Assembly: GCA_964624125.1 (NCBI GenBank)
Contig: CAZVAA010000005.1
Span: 3,386-35,494 of the forward strand
DNA from: an uncultured Sphaerobacteraceae bacterium
GTDB lineage: Bacteria > Chloroflexota > Chloroflexia > Thermomicrobiales > UBA6265
Reading direction: 5' to 3'
DNA length: 32,109 nucleotides
The translations under genes and the position numbers were made by a program. This document shows, one piece after another, positions 9,922 through 19,958 of the stretch. Each line of letters begins with the position of its first letter. Position 1 is the first letter of the stretch. The notes below the pieces were generated by a model, which did no database searches, was not told where the DNA came from, and saw only the letters and a program-made list of their open reading frames with translations.

Positions 9922-12579
9922 CTATGCGGTTCCACCGCCTTCATCATGGAAGGTGATGCGGAGCGACGTCACCTGCCTGGGTTCGACGGCGATGTCGACG
10001 TTGTTGCTTCCCGCGTCCAGGTCAAGCTGCCTTACGTCCCGTTCATCGGGGGTGACCAGGTAGGCGGCTTTCGGGGTGAGCTCCGGGAACGACAAGGTGG
10101 CAGTTCCCACTTCATCCCCGACGTTTTGCAGGCGGATGATGACGCCCTCGCCGAAGTCTGCCGGTTTGATGTGAATCACATGGACCGGCCCGTCGGACAC
10201 CTGGAGGAACTGGCCGGTTGCCGAGCCGGTCGGGTCCGCATCCCTCAGTGCGATAACCGGACTCGCCTGTTCACGGGCGAACCGGGTGGCTGCGCCGTCG
10301 TCGCAGGCGCCTTCGTGCGTGGTGAGGCGGTACCGGAGCGGGATCTCTCCACCCTGGCTCGCCTTGAAGTTGACCATCCAGTGGTTGTTCAAGGCCCAGG
10401 ACATAAGTGTGGGGCTCTCCGGTTTCAGCTCGGTCGCCCATTTCCCGGTTGTGATCCCGCCCAGATGCATGAGCGGGGCTTCCAGTGGGACGACGGTCAC
10501 TCCTCGTTCCGCATCGCTGACGGCGACCCAACGGGAGATCGGATACCAGTCGCGGACCGTTCCAGGCAATTGCTCGCTTTCCGGGGTGAGCGGTATCCCG
10601 TTGATGTCCGCCCGGAACCGCGGCTCGCCCATAGCGAAGGGGAAGGCGATAAAGACGGCCTCGACGTCTGTGACTTCCTCCTTGTCGAGCAACCAATCGA
10701 CGTCGAGGGATTTGGTCTTCGTGCGTAGCGTGTAGGTGCATGACGCCTGCCGAATCCCGTTTGCCTTGATGCGCACCGTAATGGATGCGATCCCCTGGTC
10801 GATCACTGGCTCTTCGATCACGACCTCGGTTGGTGCTTCCCGACGGAAGGGCGTGTCGGTTGGCCGATGTCCGAAGTCGGGCGCTGAGAAATCGTTGATG
10901 AAGAGGGCGTCGCGCTGCTCCTCGCTCTCGACCCATTCATAGACATACTGTCCGAGTTTGTACCCCTCATACGTCCCTGCGAAATCGTGGCCGGAATCGC
11001 GATCGGTCCAATGCTCCAGGCCGCCGGTAGCGGGGTCGATCGTGATGCTGTAGTGCGCGTTGCGAATGCCGCGCTCGGTTGCTTCAAGGTCCGTCGCTTC
11101 GGGAGGGCTGGCGGGGTCGAGAAATGCGTACCCATATGCCGGGACGGTGCCCTGGACGCGGCGGATCGGGAGCCTGGGTCGGAAGCCGCCCCAGGAGACA
11201 TCCCGAGGGAAGAAGCAATCGAGCACCCCGGCGGGGGCTGCGCCTCCCCGGAGCTCCGGTTCGTCCACCAGGACTTCGCGATCCCAGGGCAGGGGATTGA
11301 TCACCAGCACCTGCGAGTTGTCCGGGACGCGATAGGCGTCATCGGGGTCAAGGTCGCCAAGGTTGAACGTCCCTTCGATGCCGCCTTCGGACACTTTCCC
11401 GGCGAGGTCGTTCGTGGCCCTGGCGACAAGGTCGTGAGCCTGGCTGGAGGCTGAGTAGGCGTAGGATGCCTTCCTGTTCCATTGCGCCTTGACCCACAGC
11501 GATTGCGGGCGTTCGATGCTTGCGAACCCTCCCCAGGTGTGCTCGTCGTAGAGGGTGGCGTTCTCATATGCATCACGTGCGAGGGCAGGGCTCCAGGGTT
11601 TCCGCGAGCCGCCCGTAGCCCACACGCCGAGCGTCTCGGCGATGCCGAGGAGTTCATGCGTTGCGCGGTTCATGCCCGTTTCATAGGCGCTCGAGGCGAC
11701 GCCATCGGACCACCAGTCGAGCCAATCGCCACGATGGGTGGGAAGCGCGTCTCCGTATCGTTCGCGCAGGATCTCGCCGAACTCCGAGGGCGTGGTGAAG
11801 ACCATGCGAGGTGAACGGCCAGATGCATTCCACTCGCGTACGAAATCCGGCATGCGCGCATCTGGCGGTCCGTTGTCAACCCGGATGGGATGAGTGGATT
11901 GGCAGTACATGAAGTCGAAGGCGTAGTCCGGATCGTTCTCCAGATTGTCGACTTCGCGCTGCAACGATTCCTCCACGAATCGCCAGTCGCCGAGTTTCGC
12001 GATGTTGCGCCCGAAAAGGTAATGGAATCCGTTCCAGACAAGGAGCTTCTTGCCTGTCGGGCTTTCCCACCAGAATCCATTCGGGACAGGCTTGGGAACC
12101 CCTCCGCGACTCGGGTTGACCGACATGGTGAGGAAGTCGATGCCCATCGCCGGGAGCAGATCGGCGAACAACCAGCTCACGCCGTTCACATCACTTTGCA
12201 TTGCGCTGTTGATGGTGACTCCGTGCGTCTCACGGAGGCGGCGCACCGGGTACAGCGACCGGATCATCTGCTCGGTATCCAGCAACGGGGTCATGTTGTA
12301 TTGCATGCCCGCGACATCGATTCCACCGCGTGCCTGCCAGGTCCGGAACCGGTCCTTCTGTTCTTCTGTTGCTTCCCGGAAGTACCGCTCGGTGGTTCCG
12401 GTTACCTCGCAGGTCCACCGGTAGCGGGCTTCTTCGGGATAGTCGGCGGTTGCCTCGCAGAGGTCGAGTGCCTGTTCGATGAAATCAGCGTGCTGGCGGA
12501 AGCAGAGATCCTGGTAGTCGGTGAAACCGATATCGGTGTGGCTGTGGTTGACGATATAGAGCGTCTTGATCGAACCCAT
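9922..12579 (-). CDS. GH38-like (alpha-mannosidase fold) glycoside hydrolase, cytoplasmic, 885 aa
   Basis: NHSHTDIGF Zn-binding motif, AMQSDVNG at the nucleophile position, DWWSDG, DEHTWG. No signal peptide. AGGAG RBS. Confidence 0.85.
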   Translation of the reverse strand: MGSIKTLYIVNHSHTDIGFTDYQDLCFRQHADFIEQALDLCEATADYPEEARYRWTCEVTGTTERYFREATEEQKDRFRTWQARGGIDVAGMQYNMTPLLDTEQMIRSLYPVRRLRETHGVTINSAMQSDVNGVSWLFADLLPAMGIDFLTMSVNPSRGGVPKPVPNGFWWESPTGKKLLVWNGFHYLFGRNIAKLGDWRFVEESLQREVDNLENDPDYAFDFMYCQSTHPIRVDNGPPDARMPDFVREWNASGRSPRMVFTTPSEFGEILRERYGDALPTHRGDWLDWWSDGVASSAYETGMNRATHELLGIAETLGVWATGGSRKPWSPALARDAYENATLYDEHTWGGFASIERPQSLWVKAQWNRKASYAYSASSQAHDLVARATNDLAGKVSEGGIEGTFNLGDLDPDDAYRVPDNSQVLVINPLPWDREVLVDEPELRGGAAPAGVLDCFFPRDVSWGGFRPRLPIRRVQGTVPAYGYAFLDPASPPEATDLEATERGIRNAHYSITIDPATGGLEHWTDRDSGHDFAGTYEGYKLGQYVYEWVESEEQRDALFINDFSAPDFGHRPTDTPFRREAPTEVVIEEPVIDQGIASITVRIKANGIRQASCTYTLRTKTKSLDVDWLLDKEEVTDVEAVFIAFPFAMGEPRFRADINGIPLTPESEQLPGTVRDWYPISRWVAVSDAERGVTVVPLEAPLMHLGGITTGKWATELKPESPTLMSWALNNHWMVNFKASQGGEIPLRYRLTTHEGACDDGAATRFAREQASPVIALRDADPTGSATGQFLQVSDGPVHVIHIKPADFGEGVIIRLQNVGDEVGTATLSFPELTPKAAYLVTPDERDVRQLDLDAGSNNVDIAVEPRQVTSLRITFHDEGGGTA

Positions 12580-12620
12580 GACTCGTGAAACTCCTTTATC
12601 CGGGAGGGCTGGAGACGCGT

Positions 12621-13448
12621 CTATCCCTTGCTGGAGGTGACGCTCAGTCCCTGGACGAAGACTCGCTGCACGGAGAAGAACAGGATGAACGTCGGAACCG
12701 AGGCGATCAGGGCTCCGGCCAGGACCGTGGGCACGCTGGCGGAGGAGTACTGTCCCTGGAGACCGACGAGCGCCGTCATGATCGGGCGGATTTCCGCGCT
12801 CCGCGACAGCGTGAGACCGAAGAGCAGATCGTTCCAGATCCAGGTGAACTGGAGGATGAAGACGGTCGCGAACGCGTTCATCGAAAGGGGAACAAACATC
12901 TCGGTAAAAATGCGCAGTGGCCCGGCGCCATCGAGGCGCGCGGCCTCGGAAATGTCACCTGGAATGGAAGTGAAATGGTTCCTGATGACAAAGATCGCGA
13001 AGGGGATGGCGATGGCCGTGTAAAAGATCAGCAGGCCCCACCTGGTGTCATACAGGTTCTGGCCGACATAGAACTCGTAGAGCGGTGCCAGGTACATCTG
13101 GAAGGGAAAGATGGTGCCGGCATACAGCAACATGAACCACAGGAACCCGTACTTCACATTGAGCCCGATGATCGCGTAGGCAGCCAGCGCGGCCAGCAGC
13201 ACGCCGATAATCCCGCCGACCGTGGCGTAGAGCATGGTGCTGCCAACGCTTTCGCCAAGCCCCGCTGACGTCCAGGCCGTTGAGATGTTCTCCCAGAGCG
13301 AGAACGATCCGGGAAGTTGATAGATCTCTTTCTCCCGGAAGTCGGTCGGCGACGCGACGGCGTTGATAAGCACGAAGTAGAGCGGGATGATCCAGACCGC
13401 GCCGAGCACGGTGAGGACGGTGTATCGCAAGACTCGGGAGGTTTTCAT
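12621..13448 (-). CDS. Carbohydrate ABC transporter permease (MalG-like)
   Basis: EAARLDGA EAA loop, WIWNDLL, multiple TM segments. ATG 13448 overlaps the upstream stop (ATGA). Confidence 0.93.
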   Translation of the reverse strand: MKTSRVLRYTVLTVLGAVWIIPLYFVLINAVASPTDFREKEIYQLPGSFSLWENISTAWTSAGLGESVGSTMLYATVGGIIGVLLAALAAYAIIGLNVKYGFLWFMLLYAGTIFPFQMYLAPLYEFYVGQNLYDTRWGLLIFYTAIAIPFAIFVIRNHFTSIPGDISEAARLDGAGPLRIFTEMFVPLSMNAFATVFILQFTWIWNDLLFGLTLSRSAEIRPIMTALVGLQGQYSSASVPTVLAGALIASVPTFILFFSVQRVFVQGLSVTSSKG

Positions 13449-14368
13449 GAGGCCCTCAATGTGCGACTCAGGTAGACCCAGGAAACGGCGAGGACGATCA
13501 CGCTGAGCAGCACCGCGATCGCGGAGCCATAGCCGTGGCGGAAGAGCAGGAACGTCTCCCGATACATGGTGACCGCGAGCGTTTCCGACGAGCGATACGG
13601 GCCTCCCTGCGTCATGACCCAGATGACGTCGAACGTCTTGAGGCTGTTCACGAGGGAGATTCCGATGACTACGATCGTCATCGGCCTGAGCAGGGGAAGG
13701 GTCATGTCCCAGAACAGTCGCCAACCCTCCGCGCCGTCGATGCGAGCCGCCTCGATCGGATCCGTCGGCACGACCTGGAGCCCGACCAGGAAGAGCAGGA
13801 CGCACACACCAACGGATTGCCAGGTGGACGCCAGGATCATGCTCCACGTGTTGAGGGGCGGGCGGAGCAGCCACTGCTGGGTGAGGTTCTCGAGCCCGAA
13901 TTGCTCGAGGGTGCTGTTGATCGCGCCGTTCCCGCGCAGCATGAACTCCCACATCACGCCGATTGCCGTGCCGGAAAGCGCGTAGGGCACCAGGAAGGGC
14001 AGGCGCAGCAGCGAGCCGCCACGGGCCTCGAAGCTGGCGACCGCCACAATGAGACCAATCGTCACCGGGAAGAGGAGGGTCCCGATCACCCACAACACGG
14101 TGTTGGTGAGCGAGTCGGTCAGTATGGAGTCGTTGGCGAGACGCACATAGTTATCGAGGCCGACGAACGATCCGGTGCTGGCCCCGTCGGAATCGGTGAA
14201 ACTTAGGAGAAGGGTCCTGCCGAACGGCCATAACAGGAGGCCCCCGACGAGGATCAGTGCCGGAACCAGGAAGAAATACGGCGTGGCCCGATCGCGTGAT
14301 CGGGCCAGCCATGACCTCTCCGGAACCGTTTCCGGCGTACCAGGACTTTCCAGTGATTGCTCGGTCAT
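13445..14368 (-). CDS. Carbohydrate ABC transporter permease (MalF-like)
   Basis: FVGLDNY, EAARIDGA and FDVIWVMTQGGP motifs. Confidence 0.93.
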   Translation of the reverse strand: MTEQSLESPGTPETVPERSWLARSRDRATPYFFLVPALILVGGLLLWPFGRTLLLSFTDSDGASTGSFVGLDNYVRLANDSILTDSLTNTVLWVIGTLLFPVTIGLIVAVASFEARGGSLLRLPFLVPYALSGTAIGVMWEFMLRGNGAINSTLEQFGLENLTQQWLLRPPLNTWSMILASTWQSVGVCVLLFLVGLQVVPTDPIEAARIDGAEGWRLFWDMTLPLLRPMTIVVIGISLVNSLKTFDVIWVMTQGGPYRSSETLAVTMYRETFLLFRHGYGSAIAVLLSVIVLAVSWVYLSRTLRAS

Positions 14369-14395
14369 CACAGTCGGACGTGCTCCGGGTGAACG

Positions 14396-15760
14396 CTACT
14401 CGGACTCCCGACGAGCCCATTCTTCTTCAGCGATCGCCTGGATCGATTCCAGGACGCTTTGGGCTTCGCCAGGGTTGAGCATGAAGCGGGCGAGCTCATC
14501 AACCGCGTTCTCGACGATGGCGGGCGGCGAAGCTTCCCAGTAGCGCTGGAGCAGCAGGTACTCCTCGTCCGCCACCGTGGAGATGAGGTTACTCAGCACC
14601 GGGTTGTCCGGCTCGACGTTCGGGTTGGCCGGGGTGTCGCCCAGGAGGCCGCTCCACAGGGATTGGGCGTCGACCTGGCCCCACCATGTGGCGAGCTCCT
14701 TGCTGACGTCGATATTCTCCCCCTCGGCGGGAATCGCGATGGCGCCGGTCTCGATGATCATCACGTTCTGGTCGAGGTCCGGATTGACGTTCGGAAGCAG
14801 GAACGCGTCGAAGTCCTCGCCGGGAACCATATCGACGGCGAGGAACTGCTGCTGGAACCAGGTCCCGACCGGAATCATCGCGATCTCGCCGTTCGCGAAC
14901 ATGCCAGCGAGGTTGGAGTCCATCGGGATATCGAGGTCCGAGAAGTATTCAGCGTCGAAGAGCGCCTTCCAGTCCTCCATAGCCTTGACCGCGGTTTCGT
15001 CCGTATAGCTCGCCCGGCCCTCGCAAAGGTCGACGTAGAAGTCCGGATCGTTGCGGATCAGGAACTCCTCGAACCAGATGAAGGCTGTCCAGCGCCCGTC
15101 GATGGTGGCGTAGAGCGGGGTGACATCGGCCCCCTTGAGGGTGTCGCAGACGCTCAGGAACTCGTCCCAGGTTGTGGGGACCGAGAGTCCGTGCTCCTCA
15201 AAGACGCGCTTGTTGTAGAAGACGCACCAGTAGGATGCATCCCGGGCGACTCCAAACTGCTTGTCCTCGAAGGTGAATGCCGCGGCGAGGGATTCCGGCA
15301 TATCGCCGGAGTCAATTGCCTGCTGCCAGAGATCGCTGACGTCGAGCAAGCCGCCCGACTGGTAGAGATTTTCCAGCCGGTAGCCGGACCACCATGTCAG
15401 CAGGTCGGGCGTGTCGCTGCTCTGGATGGAGGAGTTCACGACCTGCTGGTACGACGTGGTGTCGCTGTACGGGACAGGCTCGAAGGCGATGTCGACCTGC
15501 TCGGTGGCGAGGTCCGACATCTGCATGAAGAAGTCTTGCCAGTTGTCCTTGTCGTGGAAGAACGTGAGATTAGATGACTGGTGGGTTGCCGGCGAGTATG
15601 GATGCCGGGAAGGCGAGGCCGCCGTCTCAGCCACGAGGCGGGCGATACCGGGAGTCGCGAGACCGAGCGCGGTTGCTCCCTTGAGCACCGAGCGCCGGTT
15701 CAGGCGTGATCGGGTAGCGATTGTTGCTGACTGGTCGACTGAAGATCGCGAAGATTTCAT
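14396..15760 (-). CDS. Sugar ABC transporter substrate-binding protein (family 1), Tat-exported
   Basis: Twin-arginine signal NRRSVLKG with no lipobox Cys. PDLLTW, FYNKRVFEEHGLSVPTTWDEF and FANGEIAM..GTW motifs. AAGGAG RBS. Confidence 0.92.
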   Translation of the reverse strand: MKSSRSSVDQSATIATRSRLNRRSVLKGATALGLATPGIARLVAETAASPSRHPYSPATHQSSNLTFFHDKDNWQDFFMQMSDLATEQVDIAFEPVPYSDTTSYQQVVNSSIQSSDTPDLLTWWSGYRLENLYQSGGLLDVSDLWQQAIDSGDMPESLAAAFTFEDKQFGVARDASYWCVFYNKRVFEEHGLSVPTTWDEFLSVCDTLKGADVTPLYATIDGRWTAFIWFEEFLIRNDPDFYVDLCEGRASYTDETAVKAMEDWKALFDAEYFSDLDIPMDSNLAGMFANGEIAMIPVGTWFQQQFLAVDMVPGEDFDAFLLPNVNPDLDQNVMIIETGAIAIPAEGENIDVSKELATWWGQVDAQSLWSGLLGDTPANPNVEPDNPVLSNLISTVADEEYLLLQRYWEASPPAIVENAVDELARFMLNPGEAQSVLESIQAIAEEEWARRESE

Positions 15761-15856
15761 GATTGTGATGCTCCTTGCGTGTCGACTACGGCGGCCGGCG
15801 CACCGACCGGTTCCAACTCCACCGGCCAGGCAGTTGATCGTCTGGCCGGATATACG

Positions 15857-15931
15857 TCACCTGACAAGACATCAGATGAATATATAACTTCCGCGTTGTT
15901 GTATTTTATGATCGCCTTGTACCGGTGTCAA
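15857..15931 (-). promoter_or_regulatory. Near-consensus sigma70 promoter of the ABC/GH38 operon with downstream FadR-type operator
   Basis: Minus strand TTGACA(15931-15926)-N17-TAAAAT(15908-15903). Imperfect palindrome TCACCTGA-caagaca-TCAGATGA at 15857-15879. Confidence 0.75.
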
Positions 15932-16021
15932 CAGGGAGATTCATGACGCCGGAGAGCGGGTTGTACAGTTGGAATGAGATCGGCACTGGTCGACTCACAG
16001 GTGGAGTCCGGGAGGAGAGAC

Positions 16022-16747
16022 ATGGGAGCCGTGCCGAACAGACGTCGAAACGGGGTCGCGGTCGAGCGTCCCGACTTTTCACGTCAACTATCCGAGCGAA
16101 TCCTCGACCTGATTGAGACGAATGGCTTGCAGCCGGGAGACCGGTTGCCCTCGATGAAGGATCTTGCCGCCACCTTTTCCGTCGCGACGCCGACCTTGCG
16201 CGAAGCGCTGAGACAGTTGCAGGCGGTGGGAATCGTCGATATCCGGCATGGGTCGGGGGTGTATGTAAAAAACGTCGCGCACGGGATCATGATCGCGAAT
16301 CCGCACTTCGGTGAGCTGGACGCCTCGATCGTGCTGCAGTTGCTGGAAGCGAGGATCGCGATCGAGCCGATCCTCGCTTCCATGGCTGCCGAGCGGGCGC
16401 AGGAGGATGACATTCGTCGGCTGGAGACCATCCTTGAAGATGCGGAGCACCTGTTGAAGGGGCATGATGACGAGCTTCACACCGTGAACATGGGCTTCCA
16501 TCTCGAGATCGCGCGCATGTCCGGGAACCAGGTCCTTGCCCAGATGTTCGAGTCGCTCATCGATTTCTACTCGCATGAGCAGCTGGGCATTCTCGCGCTC
16601 TTCAACGCACGCGTACGGGATTACCGTGATCACGTCCTGGTCTTCGATGCGATCCAGAACCATGACGCAGGGCGTGCCCACGACCGTATGAAGGACCATC
16701 TCCACGGCGTGTTCGCGGTGGTCCAGGAACGGTTGAAGGGCGATTAG
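16022..16747 (+). CDS. GntR family, FadR-subfamily transcriptional regulator
   Basis: wHTH LQPGDRLPS..LA..FSVA.PTLREAL..L...G.V..RHGSG.YV and FCD domain (EAR..IE, FH..IA..SGN, DH). GGAGGAG RBS. Divergent from the ABC operon. Confidence 0.93.
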   Translation: MGAVPNRRRNGVAVERPDFSRQLSERILDLIETNGLQPGDRLPSMKDLAATFSVATPTLREALRQLQAVGIVDIRHGSGVYVKNVAHGIMIANPHFGELDASIVLQLLEARIAIEPILASMAAERAQEDDIRRLETILEDAEHLLKGHDDELHTVNMGFHLEIARMSGNQVLAQMFESLIDFYSHEQLGILALFNARVRDYRDHVLVFDAIQNHDAGRAHDRMKDHLHGVFAVVQERLKGD

Positions 16748-16760
16748 GCCGGTCCGGTTG

Positions 16761-16790
16761 CCTGCGGCGCGAGTTCTTTCGCGCCGCAGG
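16761..16790. terminator. Hairpin between convergent regulator and second GH38-like gene
   Basis: CCTGCGGCGCGA-gttctt-TCGCGCCGCAGG perfect 12-bp stem. Confidence 0.7.
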
Positions 16791-16801
16791 GATTGCCGGG
16801 T

Positions 16802-19800
16802 CTACCGGAGTGTCACCACGACACTCTTGAGTTCCCCTGGAGCAATGGTGACATCGACGGCTCCATCCCGATACTCCGCGGACGCCATCTCCGTTTCCCA
16901 GTAGGTTCCGACATGGACGCCCCTGACCGGCAGGTGGTCGAGGCTGAGGCGCGTCGTCACGGTGTCGGATGCCTGTGATTCCAGGACCACGCGAAGCGCG
17001 GTGCCTTCTTCCGTGGGTGCAAAGTGGCTGATGCTGACATCGGGATGGTCGGTCTGCGCGAAGCTGGCCGTATTTGGCAAGCCGGTGGCATCCGCGCCGC
17101 CGAGGGGCGCGATGACACCTACAAATGACTCAGTCGCGGCCGCGGCGGTATCCGGCCCGATGCTCGTGTAGCCCGAATCCCCGGTTGCGACCACGTAGCG
17201 GAAGGTCATTTCGCCCCCCTGCTCCGGCGGGAAGTTTGTATCCCAGATGTTGTTCAGTGCCCATGAGTAGATGGTGGCGGGCGACGTGTGTCGTTCGTCG
17301 ATCGTGGTCGGGAACGGAGCGTACGGAATGTGGATGTTGCCGGCCTGGATCAACGGGGCATCGGTCGTTGCCCATGCGATCGCCGGGGCATCCGGGTGGG
17401 TCACCGTGGTCCAGTTGCGGATGGCCTTGAAATGCTGCGCCGATCCAGGGACGTGCGGGTCCGTGATCGACGTCGTACCGCCGGTGATCTCATACCGAAG
17501 CTCGGCATCAGGGAAGTTGAACGGGAAGGCGAAGTAGACGCTTTCCTTGCCGAGGTCCGAGGGTTTGTGAAGCTTGTTGGCGATGTGGAGGCGAGAAACG
17601 CCGTGTGGCAGCGTCAGCGTCGTTTCCAGCCAATCGGCCCCATCACCCTCGTAGCGGATCGTGACCTTCTCCCAGACATCATTCGATTCGCGGGCGATAA
17701 TCTGGCCGAACTTCCCCGTGTCCCTTGAGCCGAGCAGCCAGGGTCCGACGTGTCCGATCCTGCTCGAGAGGTGGTTGAATTTCGGGGCGCTTCCGTAGCG
17801 ATCGAAGATGTATCCGTTGAACCCGTACAACGCACCGCTGTCGACGAGTTCCGCATTCGAGGCCGTGTCGACGATGCTGCTGATCGTAGCGGAGCCGACA
17901 TCGAGGCTGACATCGAGCTGGCCATTGGAAAGCCCGCTGTCGTGGAGCGCGGACGTGTCCGTAACCTGTCCCGGGGCTCCGGGCGTGTCGCTCGAGGCCA
18001 GGGCGTACCTTCGGTAGCCCACAGACGGGACGTCGCGTGCGAGGAAGCGGATGTACCGGCCGCGCGGTCGGTAGGCCGCGTTGGACTGCGGCTCCAGGAT
18101 AAACGGGACCGACTCGCTGGTTTCGAGGTCGATGAGCTCCACCGGCGTGGTGGAGAGGTCGCGCTCCGGCAGGAAGATGCGAGCGAGATCCGTCCGCGTG
18201 GCAGACGACGGGTTGAACACTAGGAGCGTCGCCTGATGCTCGGTGTTTCCCGAGACCCGGGCCAGCGAGGCGATACGGCGAACGCCGCCTTCGTACAGGA
18301 TGCGGACCTGCTCTTCCGCTTCCAGCGCGAAGCCTTCCTTCCGGGTCCATTGGTAGGCGCCGGAGTTCATGCCGAACGAGCCCCGTTCCCACGGGTTGGC
18401 GGAGCCCCAGGTGTGCTCGTCGAAGAGCGCCATGTTCTCGTAGGCCTCCCGGATCGAGTCCGCCAGGTGCGGCTTTGGCTCGTCCAGGATGGCGTCGGCA
18501 AGCGCGTTCAGGGTTTGCGCGGTGCGGATGTTCGCCTGTGACTGGCGATTGCGAGCGAGCGGTACCGCCCCCGATCCAATGCCATCAGCCCACCAGTCGG
18601 TCCAGTCGCCACGGAACGTGTCGATTTGAGTCGTCGCCTTCTCCTCGATATCGGCGAAGAAATCCCGGTTGAGGGACATCTTCAGGCGTGGGAAGGCCCA
18701 TTGCTCGTTCCATTCCTTCGCAATCTGGGGCGGCATCATCGACGGCGACGCGTTATCGGCGAAAGCGCCCTGGACACGGAGATTCAGGATGTCGTGGGCG
18801 TATGGTGACTTGGTGAGCTCCACCCCGCTCAGGTCGCCGACGATCCAGTCGCCAGCATCGCCATACGGGTACGGGCGCTCGTTGAGCGCGTTGAGGTATT
18901 CCGGCAGACTCGCGAGGACGTCGTCGTAGCCGTGACCAAACCCGACCGACATGCCTTCCATATAGGCGATGCCATTGAGCGTGTCTGTGTACCAAACGAG
19001 CAACTTTTCCTCGTCCGGTGCTTCCCAATAGAAGGGGCGGGTCAGTTCCTGCCCGTCAAGCAAATGCGGGATCGACCGACCGGCATAGTTGTGGGCGACA
19101 GAGAGGTATTTGACTCCCGCGTCCGTCAGCAGGGTCGACAGGCCGATGGCCGCGCCAGGCACGTCTGTCTGCATCGCGGAGACGATGTCGATGCCCAATT
19201 CGTCACGGAGCTCATGCGTGAAGCGCAACTGTTCGGCAAGCTCGTCAAACGAATAGGCCTCCGTGTGCATGCTGAACGGAAGCGCATGGATCTCGATCCG
19301 ACCTTCCTTTACCCGGCGGACAAGCTCCTCGCGTTTCGACGCTGGTCGTGTTTCCAGCCAGGTCTTGAGTGGCCAATTGACCTCGACGTTCCATCGGAAC
19401 TTCGCATCGTCGGGCCAATCGTCCGTCACCGTGCAGAGCTCCAGGGCGGCATCGATGAATGCGAGTTGCGACGACATGACCTCGGATTGCGGGTCGGTGT
19501 AGCCGATGTCGTAGTGCGAATGGTGGATCAGGTGAATGGTCCATTTGCGCTGGGGAATCACGGTGAAGGACGAGTCGCACAGGAGTTGGTCGTCCTGGTG
19601 AGCCTCGAAGGTCAGTTCGGTGTCGTTTTGGACCTCGGGCACCAGCAAGAAGACGGATTGGGCGCGATCGGTTTCCTCAGATGTCGCTTCCGCCAGGACG
19701 CTGTCGCCGTCCCGGAGGCGGAACTGGATTGGCCCGGTTCGCCCGCCTGGGCGCACCCGAACGCGGACTGCCTGCCGAAGGCCTGATTCGGTCTCCTTGA

Positions 19801-19933
19801 ACAGGGGAACGTTGGTCAGGCGGAACGAATGTGGCCCGGCCTCGATTTCTTTCCCGCTGGTGCCAGCAATGAGCTGGTGCCGAAAGCTGGCAGCGGTTCG
19901 GGAGATTCTCTCGTCGTCACGATCGATTGGCAT
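16802..19933 (-). CDS. Second GH38-like glycoside hydrolase with ~130 aa N-terminal extension, cytoplasmic
   Basis: HHSHYDIGY, AMQTDVPG, DWWADG, DEHTWG and SWALNNIWDTNF motifs. ATG 19933 follows GGAGG; the longer ORF start overlaps the lactonase gene. Confidence 0.85.
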   Translation of the reverse strand: MPIDRDDERISRTAASFRHQLIAGTSGKEIEAGPHSFRLTNVPLFKETESGLRQAVRVRVRPGGRTGPIQFRLRDGDSVLAEATSEETDRAQSVFLLVPEVQNDTELTFEAHQDDQLLCDSSFTVIPQRKWTIHLIHHSHYDIGYTDPQSEVMSSQLAFIDAALELCTVTDDWPDDAKFRWNVEVNWPLKTWLETRPASKREELVRRVKEGRIEIHALPFSMHTEAYSFDELAEQLRFTHELRDELGIDIVSAMQTDVPGAAIGLSTLLTDAGVKYLSVAHNYAGRSIPHLLDGQELTRPFYWEAPDEEKLLVWYTDTLNGIAYMEGMSVGFGHGYDDVLASLPEYLNALNERPYPYGDAGDWIVGDLSGVELTKSPYAHDILNLRVQGAFADNASPSMMPPQIAKEWNEQWAFPRLKMSLNRDFFADIEEKATTQIDTFRGDWTDWWADGIGSGAVPLARNRQSQANIRTAQTLNALADAILDEPKPHLADSIREAYENMALFDEHTWGSANPWERGSFGMNSGAYQWTRKEGFALEAEEQVRILYEGGVRRIASLARVSGNTEHQATLLVFNPSSATRTDLARIFLPERDLSTTPVELIDLETSESVPFILEPQSNAAYRPRGRYIRFLARDVPSVGYRRYALASSDTPGAPGQVTDTSALHDSGLSNGQLDVSLDVGSATISSIVDTASNAELVDSGALYGFNGYIFDRYGSAPKFNHLSSRIGHVGPWLLGSRDTGKFGQIIARESNDVWEKVTIRYEGDGADWLETTLTLPHGVSRLHIANKLHKPSDLGKESVYFAFPFNFPDAELRYEITGGTTSITDPHVPGSAQHFKAIRNWTTVTHPDAPAIAWATTDAPLIQAGNIHIPYAPFPTTIDERHTSPATIYSWALNNIWDTNFPPEQGGEMTFRYVVATGDSGYTSIGPDTAAAATESFVGVIAPLGGADATGLPNTASFAQTDHPDVSISHFAPTEEGTALRVVLESQASDTVTTRLSLDHLPVRGVHVGTYWETEMASAEYRDGAVDVTIAPGELKSVVVTLR

Positions 19934-19958
19934 ACCTGGTCCTCCTTGGTGTGCGCGG

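Noticed and set aside
13449-14093. Apparent 490-aa permease with long N-terminus
   Set aside because: The extension overlaps the upstream permease in another frame; the true start is the coupled ATG at 13448.
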